A stretch of DNA of 32,097 nucleotides from Octopus bimaculoides (lineage: Eukaryota), in NCBI RefSeq assembly GCF_001194135.2, contig NC_068998.1, forward strand, positions 40,465,992 to 40,498,088, read 5' to 3'. Below are positions 21,281 through 30,637 of the stretch, one piece after another. The notes below the pieces were generated by a model, which ran no database searches, was not told where the DNA came from, and worked only from the letters and a program-made list of their open reading frames with translations. Positions within the stretch are counted from its first letter, which is position 1. Each line of letters starts with the position of its first letter. Position numbers and translations under genes: made by a program.

Positions 21281-22560
21281 GTTTTTGGCATTTGGAAAAT
21301 CCAGACACAACAAAAGATACCGTTTGGTACTTGGTGCCTCCTCGGACCATTGATCTAATATCCCCCAACATCTTGTACAAAAGACAATAGACCTAGCTGT
21401 AACTATTTTGTTTACTTACACCCGTCTCCACCACCACCACCACCACCACCTTCTCATCTGTCTCGGGAATGATGACGGTGACGACGGTGGTAATAGTGAT
21501 GGTCGTGGTGGGGTGGATATCTTCCTCATTTCGTTCCATGTCATTGCATGTATGAACTTGCTTTACACCCCACAAAGGAATTACAGCTAAACGGTGAGTT
21601 CTTGTTTCACATTTATCGCTCCTTTCTGCTAATATATGTTAAAGCAAAGATCCTCAAGTTTTTTCCTCTAGACTACTCCATTATCTTATCCAGAAGTGTT
21701 CTGTTGGTGTATCCTGAATGAAGAATATGGTGTAAAATAGCTGGATACAAGTGAACTGATAATAGACTTATATTGTTTTTATTTAATTCAATTTAATTTA
21801 AAGAGCTCAAATCCCACTGTGATCAACTTCCGAGGTCGATAAAATAAATTATCAATCACGTAATGGGGTCGACTGTTCCATTCCTTAATATTAATATTTC
21901 TAACCTTGATAAATTAAGATTTCGGTTTTACTTAAATAAATGAGATGGATTCAAACAAATAATTCAATCCTACGTATAATTTCAGAGAGATACATCCGCA
22001 TGTCATTCTCGATTAACAGTCAGGCATGAATTTTTTATTTCCATGAAACATTACTGAAACCCTTGTTCACAGGGATAAGTGGTGGGTAACATATAAGGGC
22101 TCTTCACACATTTTCTTAACAAGTTGCGTTTAGTGGGCTGTGATTAATTCAAAATTCCTGTGTTTTTGCAAACCTCTCGCAGCTTTCTCTTGCATGCTCT
22201 AGTTTGAGAACCCTTGATGTAAAGCACTTGTTGTAGTTTGCTTTCTGAAGTCCACTGCGAGACTGTAAATCGATGCTTCACAGGTTCTGGGTTCAAATCC
22301 AGCACTGGGTAACTCTTTTCTTGTCTCGAATTGTTTGTAAATAAAATACCAGTAAGAATATCTTGAAGAAATCTGTCTTAAGCTCCTTCACTGATTTTTG
22401 AAATCTGAAGACGAAGTTCTTGTAGGTTTGAAACAGAGGCGGGGAATTCATTTCTGCTGGAAGGACGCAGTGAAGTTAACTTCTAAATGGCACGACTGCA
22501 TCACCAAAAACTATTTTCATATTGCTAAACCATTTAATTAACAAAATATAAGTTTTCAAA

Positions 22561-22785
22561 GGCGGTGAGCTGGCAGAAACGTTAGCACACCGGGCGTAAT
22601 GCTTAGCGGTATTTCGTCTGCTGCTACGTTCTTAGTTCAAATTCCGCCGAGGTCGACTTTGCCTTTCATCCTTTCGGGGTCGATTAAATAAGTACCAGTT
22701 ACACACTGGGGTCGTTGTAATCGACTTAATCCCTTTGTCTGTCCATGTTTGTCCCCTCTATGTTTAGCCCCTTGTGGGCAATAAA
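22561..22785 (+). mobile_element. SINE family A, near-intact reference-like copy
   Basis: ggcggtgagctggcagaaacgttagcac (A-box), gttcaaattccgcc (B-box), gtcgactttgcctttcatcctttcggggtcgat core, and tail tttagccccttgtgggcaataaag. Confidence 0.93.
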
Positions 22786-22786
22786 G

Positions 22787-23955
22787 GGCACTGTCAGAAG
22801 TGAAAGTAGAAAAATCTGACAAGGAACGTTACTGCTGGTTTGAGTTGATTCTTTGGCTGCTGACTGGCCGGAGCTATCTATCTGTCTGCCTATCTATCTN
22901 NNNNNNNNNNNNNNNNNNNNNNNNNNNNNNNNNNNNNNNNNNNNNNNNNNNNNNNNNNNNNNNNNNNNNNNNNNNNNNNNNNNNNNNNNNNNNNNNNNNN
23001 NNNNNNNNNNNNNNNNNNNNNNNNNNNNNNNNNNNNNNNNNNNNNNNNNNNNNNNNNNNNNNNNNNNNNNNNNNNNNNNNNNNNNNNNNNNNNNNNNNNN
23101 NNNNNNNNNNNNNNNNNNNNNNNNNNNNNNNNNNNNNNNNNNNNNNNNNNNNNNNNNNNNNNNNNNNNNNNNNNNNNNNNNNNNNNNNNNNNNNNNNNNN
23201 NNNNNNNNNNNNNNNNNNNNNNNNNNNNNNNNNNNNNNNNNNNNNNNNNNNNNNNNNNNNNNNNNNNNNNNNNNNNNNNNNNNNNNNNNNNNNNNNNNNN
23301 NNNNNNNNNNNNNNNNNNNNNNNNNNNNNNNNNNNNNNNNNNNNNNNNNNNNNNNNNNNNNNNNNNNNNNNNNNNNNNNNNTTATGTAGTCGGCACTTAA
23401 TGTATATCGGCTGAATGGACGTCAGTAATTGGTTGAAATTACAGAAATACGACAACTTTAACATGGAATAACTTAGGGATTTCTTTTTTTTTAAAGAAGA
23501 CTAAGAGAAAAAGATGTTTTATATGACACATTCTACCAGTGTTCCAAGTTTCAAAGTGTTTCGTTAATGAAAAATGTGGCCCCCGTTTTAAAAAAGATCC
23601 CATTATTGTTTTTAAAAACAAATCACATACACCCATCAGCCCCACCACCGCGCGTAATTCAAAGTTCTTCACTTTGAAATCAACACGTGTGAAAAAATTA
23701 GTTGAAGGTTTTTCACTTTCGGATTTTCACTATAACATCTGCATATCCCAGTGTAAATGGAATTAATCACCGCGATATTGCCATCGCTACTTAGGACGAA
23801 ATCTTCGGAATTGGAACAAATTCGACACCTATATCCATGCGTTTGAAACATTACAGAGTATAAGTATCACATTTATTTTTAAACTTAACTTCAAACTTCA
23901 TTTGTTTTCTATTTTGATAAATTCTCTCTGTTGAAAATTATATATTTATATTCTA
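22787..23955 (+). repeat. Copy A of a local repeat family (head ggcactgtcag, (CTAT)n, gap, tail ggaacaaattcgacacctatatccatgcgtttgaaa)
   Basis: Head 22787-22899 matches 24634-24800 and the reverse complement of 25110-25289. The segment 23810-23955 matches the reverse complement of about 24895-25105. Confidence 0.75.
22900..23381. other. Assembly gap
   Basis: N run. Confidence 1.
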
Positions 23956-23962
23956 AAGAAAT

Positions 23963-24102
23963 AAGAAACGTTAGCACGCCGGGCGAAATGCTTAGCGGTA
24001 TTTTGTCTGTCTTTATGTCCTGAGTTCAAATTCCTCCGAGGGCGACTTTGCCTTTCATCCTTTCGGGGTCGATAAATTAAGTACCAGTTGCATACTGGAG
24101 TT
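23963..24102 (+). mobile_element. SINE family A, truncated by the gap
   Basis: agaaacgttagcacgccgggcgaaatgcttagcgg...gactttgcctttcatcctttcggggtcgataaattaagtaccag. Confidence 0.9.
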
Positions 24103-24524
24103 NNNNNNNNNNNNNNNNNNNNNNNNNNNNNNNNNNNNNNNNNNNNNNNNNNNNNNNNNNNNNNNNNNNNNNNNNNNNNNNNNNNNNNNNNNNNNNNNNN
24201 NNNNNNNNNNNNNNNNNNNNNNNNNNNNNNNNNNNNNNNNNNNNNNNNNNNNNNNNNNNNNNNNNNNNNNNNNNNNNNNNNNNNNNNNNNNNNNNNNNNN
24301 NNNNNNNNNNNNNNNNNNNNNNNNNNNNNNNNNNNNNNNNNNNNNNNNNNNNNNNNNNNNNNNNNNNNNNNNNNNNNNNNNNNNNNNNNNNNNNNNNNNN
24401 NNNNNNNNNNNNNNNNNNNNNNNNNNNNNNNNNNNNNNNNNNNNNNNNNNNNNNNNNNNNNNNNNNNNNNNNNNNNNNNNNNNNNNNNNNNNNNNNNNNN
24501 NNNNNNNNNNNNNNNNNNNNNNNN
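24103..24524. other. Assembly gap
   Basis: N run. Confidence 1.
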
Positions 24525-24633
24525 AAAAATCCTATTGTATTCTTATAATTAAATATTAGGAATTGCATTAAAAAAAAATTAAAATATTTTGTGTCTTGTA
24601 GAAATATAAGAAATTCATTGCAGATGAATTTTT

Positions 24634-25124
24634 GGCACTGTCATGGTATTAGCTGTCAGAATTGAAAGTAGAACTGACAAGGAACGTTACTGCTGGTTTG
24701 AGTTGATTCTTTGGCTACTGACTAGCCGGAGCTATCTATCTGTCTGTCTGTCTGTCTGTCTATCTCACTATCTCTCTATATATATATATCTATCTATCTA
24801 TCACTCGTTCACCTCTGTTTGTGTCCGTAGAATTTATCAAATTAGAAAACGCAAATTTAATATAAAAATATATTTTCTGAAATTGCAAATTATTTAAAAT
24901 ATAAAAATATAATTTTCAACCGAGAGAATTTATCAAAATAGAACACAAATGAAGTTTGAAATTTCAAAATAATAGGATCGACCACTCACGACTAGCTAGC
25001 GCGGACACGCGACTGCGCGTTCGGGACCACTCTGCTTTAGTAGTACCCTTATACTCTGTGTGTTTTCAAACGCATGGATATAGGTGTCAAATTTGTTCCA
25101 ATAACTTTCGAGTGATAGATAGAT

Positions 25125-25161
<37 letters not shown>

Positions 25162-25289
25162 TAGATAGCTCGCTCCGGCCAGTCATGGTATTAGCTGTCA
25201 GTAGCCAAAGAATCCACTCAAACCAGCAGTAACGTTCCTTGTCAGATTTTTCTACTTTCACTTCTGACAGCTAATACCATGACAGTGCC
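24634..25289. repeat. Copies B (+, 24634 to about 24810) and C (-, 25289 to about 24895) of the local repeat, facing each other as an inverted pair
   Basis: ggcactgtcatggtattagctgtcaga at 24634 and its exact reverse complement ending at 25289. Both carry the gacaaggaacgttactgctggtttgag core and a (CTAT/CTGT)n tract. Confidence 0.88.
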
Positions 25290-25620
25290 GAATTTTTTTT
25301 TCTCTACAAATTCTTATATGGATCCTTACGGATCATATGGATCCCGGTTGAGAACCACTGATGTATACATACGCGCGCACGCGTGTGTGATGTATGTATG
25401 TATGTATGTAATTTTAGGATCCAAGGATCCATGTGTAGGAAATTAATAGTTTCCAGCAGTCCGTAGTAAATATAAAAGCAACTTTCAGGAACAATAATAG
25501 TTTATTGGAGCAGAAGGTTGTAGGTTTTTCCTATATCGAAGTTCGATTAGCTGAAAAAGGTTATTTTATAGTTCACAGCTAACATCTAGGATTACTATGA
25601 ATCTGAATAAAAATCGAAGC

Positions 25621-25934
25621 TGAAGGAATGAAGTGGGTAAAATCCAGGTTAGATATGTTTTCTAGCCAGCAGAATCTCGGAAGTAATAATTATTCAACAA
25701 ACTACTCATCAGGCCGAAGATACCTTAATAAAATGAAGGTTTAATTGTTATCAAGGAGTCCCGAGTTAACTCGCAGAAGGATCCCTTGACGATAATTTAA
25801 CCTTCATTTCACTAAGGTATCTTCAGTCTGATGAGAAGCTAATGGAGTACACCTCGTTGAGTAATTATTTCTTTCCGGGGTTCTGCTAGCTAGGAAACAT
25901 ATGTAGCCGAGGTTTTACCTACTCCATTCCCTCA
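25621..25934. repeat. 314-bp imperfect foldback (MITE-like)
   Basis: Left arm tgaaggaatgaagtgggtaaaatcc...tcaaggagtcc pairs with right arm ggatcccttga...ttttacctactccattccctca. The 12-bp palindrome cgagttaactcg lies at the centre (25762-73). Confidence 0.85.
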
Positions 25935-25940
25935 ATTTGG

Positions 25941-25971
<31 letters not shown>

Positions 25972-26037
25972 CATCAGCGATGTAACTACACACGCGCTGT
26001 TGGCAATTTCTTTTCTTTCATTGGACTTTTCCCTTTC

Positions 26038-26076
26038 GCTTTCCCGACGAAGAGCTATGCTCGAAACGTCAAAAGC
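26038..26076 (+). ncRNA. Degenerate minimal type I hammerhead ribozyme motif (Penelope terminal-repeat type)
   Basis: gctttc CCGACGA A GAGC tat GCTC GAAA C GUC aaaagc: core variant, 4-bp stem II, palindromic ACGU stem III, and stem I with one mismatch. Confidence 0.45.
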
Positions 26077-26261
26077 TCTCTCTTTTTACTGAGCGTCAAA
26101 CTAATACGTTCCTTGTGCACGTCCTTTTGTTGTCTTCTATATTGTTCGTTTACTTGAATTGACTATATATGTACACATAAATACATACATACGAACATGC
26201 ATACATACATACATATGTATATATACATACACACAAGACAAGCAGGCAAACAGAGCGGACT

Positions 26262-26412
26262 GCCACAGTTTCCATCCACCGAATTCTCTCATACAAGGCT
26301 TTAATCGACCCGACGTTACAGTAGAAGACACTTACCCCATGTGCCACCCAGTGGGACAGAAGAATCAACATGGCTGCAAAGCATGCTTCTTAACCACACA
26401 GCCATACCTGCG
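26262..26412 (-). mobile_element. SINE family B 5' half, diverged
   Basis: cagtttccatccaccgaattctctcatacaaggc...cagtagaagacactta...ttcttaaccacacagccatacctgcg. Confidence 0.78.
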
Positions 26413-26489
26413 TCTATTGTTTGCTTTTTCTTTTCTTTATTTTACTGGGAAGGTTTGCGGTGTAATACTTTAAATAGAGGATCTAATGA

Positions 26490-26645
26490 TATCTAGGTTG
26501 TGAATTTGATTGTCAGACCTTGCGTTGTGTCATTGAGCAAGACACTCAATTTCAAGTTGCTCTAATCCACTCAGCTGGAAAAAATATACTGTACCTGCAA
26601 TTCAAATGGCCAGCTTTGTCTCATTGTGTTACACTGCACGTTAAT
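26490..26645 (+). mobile_element. Degenerate tRNA/CORE-like SINE fragment
   Basis: gttgtgaatttgatt...gcgttgtgtcattgagcaagacactcaatttc resembles the ccttgggcaagacact core. The tail caaatggccagctttgtc resembles family C. Confidence 0.5.
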
Positions 26646-26711
26646 TTCACGAACAGGCTGGAACAATCATCGTCATACCCAACGGAGTGTGCCTGTTAGA
26701 CACACATTTAC

Positions 26712-26842
26712 CACATATCATGAATGAGGTGACAGACACAGTGAGAAGACAGAGGAAAGATAAGGCCGGCAGAGCCAGATTGAATGCGGAACGGAGAACA
26801 AGACCACCGATTTTAACAAGTTTTGCCTGTTGCCAGCTGGCG
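26712..26842 (-). CDS. Candidate 131-nt exon encoding a hydrophobic segment (ASWQQAKLVKIGGLVLRSAFNLALPALSFLCLLTVSVTSFMIC)
   Basis: Long pyrimidine tract, acceptor ttttcacag, donor gtg|gtaaat. A single frame is open, within a GC-richer non-repetitive island. Confidence 0.3.
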
Positions 26843-28152
26843 CTGTGAAAACTGACATTGGAGAGAGAGGGACAGACAGAGAATGGTGAAGGGGAGAGGA
26901 AAAGAATTAGAGGAAGGATGTTCTTTGAATTAGAGAAATGATGTTCTTTGATACCAAAGCCAAGTATGTGTGTGTATATGTTTATGTATTCTTTTAATTT
27001 TGTAGTCGCTGCTGTTTTTAGCATCATCATTATTATTGTTGTTGTTTTTGCTCAGTATTATTTCTTACACCTTTCTAGGGGAATTTTATGACCCTGGGGG
27101 ATTTTATGGTCTGCTTCATAGATAAATGTTTTGGAATTTTAAATTTATTTTTTCTTTGTTCTTGTTTTGAAAAGTAAAGTAGTAAATAAATTAGCGAGGA
27201 TAGGATTTCTAGCAACAATTTTCAGGGCATTTTTAAACCAGTTTCTGAGCCTGAGAGTGCAGCACTAAAAAGTTAGAGGACAAGGGGTCAACATTGGAAA
27301 CTACTGGTCTAAATCACAATTTCCTCGTGATCCCTGAAAAATTACCATGGACACCCAAGGTCCATGTGTGTCTCTGTCTATATGTGTATGCGATGATATG
27401 TTTTATCTGGTCTTTCTCATAGGTGTTTTCACATTCCTGTAGCCACAGTATTTCTTACTTCAAAATCTTGGATTTTATTTCTTTTCTAATAGTATCAGCT
27501 TTCCACATATAGTCTACTTGTTCCACAGTTTTTATATATATATATATATTATAAATGCAGTGTTGACATTTCTTATATTAACCAAATGATGTCTTATAAC
27601 TGTGCAAGTGTTTGTCATTTTTATATACTAGACATATGTGTTCGTGAGTGTTGTATGTATGTATGTATATATGTTAGAGGAGATCTTCTTAAAACTTGCA
27701 ATCATAATAAATAAATACAAATTTCTGATTAATGTCTTCCATGAAATGGGACAAGAAACATGGATTTATTGAGAAATGATTAATTCCCTTATTACACACC
27801 ACTGTCAATATGGAAACCAAATCTTAACTCTTGAAATGGATTCCCACTACCAAAATTCAACCATGCAAAACATACTAAAAGAATTGAATAAATGTTGTGG
27901 AGACAAGCACGGACACACAAACATATGCACACACACACACATACATACATACATATATATATATATATCACTACATAAATAAATGAAGCTTGTACGAAAC
28001 GTACATACTGCTATAACCTAATACATTTTTGTTGCTTTTCTTCATATTTAATTCACCAAATCTCTTGATTTTGTTTTTGGATTTTACCCTACCAAATTCT
28101 GGTGCCACAAACATTTTAAGTACCACATTTAATCTTTTGATTAAATCTATAT

Positions 28153-28199
<47 letters not shown>

Positions 28200-28202
28200 T
28201 AT

Positions 28203-28360
28203 GACGGGCTTCTTTCAGTTTCCGTCTACCAAATCCACTCACAAGGCTTTGGTCGGCCCAAGGCTATAGTAGAAGACACTTGCCCAAGGTGCCACACAGT
28301 GGGACTGAACCCGGAACCTTGTGATTCATAAGCAAGCTACTTACCACACAGCCACTCCTA
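28203..28360 (-). mobile_element. SINE family B 5' half, young copy
   Basis: gacgggcttctttcagtttccgtctaccaaatccactcacaaggctttggtcggccc...cttgcccaaggtgccacacagtgggactgaacccggaacc...accacacagccactcc. Confidence 0.92.
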
Positions 28361-28370
28361 CAATTTATGA

Positions 28371-29420
28371 AAAGACTCATCAATAATTATAAAGGAAGCA
28401 GACAAGGGTGGAGCAATAGTAATTAGGGACAAAAACCATGATAGAGACATGGTTTTGGAACAACTCAGTGACCAACACTTCTACAAGAAGATCAATAAAA
28501 ACGAAGATAAAAATACCATGAATAAAGTAAACAAACTTGCCTCAAAACATCGAAATTGCCTAACAGAGAATGAGGTCAATTATTTAATCAACTTCAAAGT
28601 AAAGACCAGTAACTTCTATGTACTACCTAAAATCCGTGAATCGAAAGAAATTCAAAACAACATAAAGAACAATTAGAAACAATATTTAGATGACTGCTTA
28701 ATATTTTGGAACAAGAAATCAAGAAGACCTAGAAATCTTCCACTCACTTTTAAATAACCTATATACCCCAATAAAGTTTACTATAGAATGGCACATTTTT
28801 GGACTTACTTCTTATTAAAGAGGTTGACAATATTTAAACAGATCTTTTTTATAAACCAAAGGACACAACAATACTTGAATTTCCATTCCTTCCATCTCTC
28901 ACATACAAAAAGAAGCATACGTTTTAATATGGCAATATGAGTTTGCACTGTAATGATAGACATAACATTAAGGGATAAAATATTATGTACAACAATTAAA
29001 AACATGTCTAGAAAAACAAAAATACCCTACTAGACTCAGCTGTTATCAGAGTGAAAAGCATACCAACTACAGAACTCAGAAACTTAATCAAAACACTTAA
29101 AAATAGATATAAACTCATAAACATTCCCTTTGCCATGACCTACAACCCAAGAAACCACAACATTCTCAATACTGCTAAAAGATATCTCCCAATTCTTCAA
29201 CAGTCCTTGAAAATGAACAAACTAATGATAGAATCAGAAATAATATATAGCAGATGCCAATCACTCAACCTAAAAAAAGCTTTTAGCAAACGTAAGATTT
29301 ACAACAAAAGAAACAACAAGGAGAGTTTAAAAATGCGGTGACCCTCGTCGTGGAACATATGTTTGCATTGAGGAAGGAAAACAAATCATCTTTAGAAACA
29401 ACAATATCTTTAAAATCAAT
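28371..29420 (+). mobile_element. Penelope-like element (PLE) RT relic, internally deleted and frameshifted
   Basis: KDSSIIIKEADKGGAIVI (28371 onward) and FYVLPKIRES. YLDDCLIFW at 28683 onward. FLDLLLIK, TDLFYKP, QYLNFHSFHL, IPFAMTYNPRN. KCGDPRRGTY at about 29331 is an eroded CGxxRCxTC linker, which precedes GIY-YIG in PLEs. Confidence 0.9.
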
Positions 29421-29810
29421 GTACATGTGTATACCTATGTTTTGTGTGTGTGTGTGTGTGTCCATATATGTATATATATAATCAGGCAATAATCTGATAG
29501 CACGTATGTGTGTGTGTGTTTGTGTATATGTGTACATATACATATAAAAAATATCTGTATATATATATGTATAGACATAGATGGGTGTACATATGTGTAG
29601 AAAACTATTTTGTGTGTATGTATATGTGTGTCTATGTATACACATGTATGTGTGTGTGTGTGTGAATATTCATATGTTCCTTCATTTTTACATATATACA
29701 TGTGTTAGTATATGTGTGTATTAATAATATGTGTGTGTATATATGTATAGAATTGTGTATATATGAATGTATATGAGTGCATGGATATATATGGCTGTGT
29801 GTGTATATGA
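29421..29810. repeat. Compound (TG)/(TA) microsatellite truncating the PLE
   Basis: Read directly. Confidence 0.92.
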
Positions 29811-30291
29811 ACTTATCAAGCCTCCAGGTTTCTTTACAAATATCATATGTAGAATTAGACAGTTAGGTATCTATATATAAAATTTGACTGAAATTTATGG
29901 GTGAGTGTTCTGGCTCAATCGGATATGCAAGGGGCCATGTTAGCATTCATATGTGGGTTCAATTCTAGCCTGAATTAACTCATCATTTATCAGTCACTTG
30001 TTTAGATAAATGTTGCTTTAATCGGAGTATATATATTATTATTACATATATGTGTGTGTGTGTGTGTGTGTGTATAATATTATTATACAGTTATTATTAT
30101 ATATATATAAGAAGATAATTTTATAACTTCATTAAACTGAAGAACAAAAATAAAAATAAGACGCCAGCTGGAAGTACTTGGGTGACACCGAGGCGAAAGA
30201 AGAAATAAATTGAAAGGTATAATGAATAAACACTCCAATCAATCAAAACAACTTTATATCATTCCCAAATTATCAAATATAAATATATATT

Positions 30292-30637
30292 AAAACAAGA
30301 GCATTCAGAGAGTGCAATTCTCCTCATCAACATCCTCTCAACGATTAGCCAGAGATGATTTTTAAAATGAGAATATCTGAAATAAACTCAACTGCTCTCA
30401 CAAACGAGAATACTAAAAATAAACCCGACCACTCTCAAAAATTAAGTAAAAAAAAGCAGAAAAATAATCCAGAATCTTTGTCCCCAAAATCTAATCAGTT
30501 TGTATCAGTCACGAGGCTAAACATTCCTGAAAGTTTCATACGAATCCATCCAGCGGTTCTTGGAATATCTTGTGCACAGACAAACAAACAAACATGACTG
30601 AAAAATATACATCCACCTTCGCTAAGGTGGAGATAAC
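30292..30637 (+). mobile_element. Helentron/HINE (DINE-1-like) non-autonomous element
   Basis: Begins aaacaagagc, has an internal (ACAA)n tract near the 3' end, and ends in a perfect stem-loop tccacctt-cgct-aaggtgga (30612-31) followed by gataa. Confidence 0.55.

Noticed and set aside
25318-25360. hAT-like terminus gttgagaaccactg (similar at about 22202-22216)
   Set aside because: Only single ends were seen, with no matching opposite TIR or 8-bp TSD identified.
25828-25860. CTGATGAG inside the foldback as a hammerhead or C/D box
   Set aside because: No GAAA follows the potential stem II (the sequence reads ctcgttga), and there is no supporting box pair or terminal stem.
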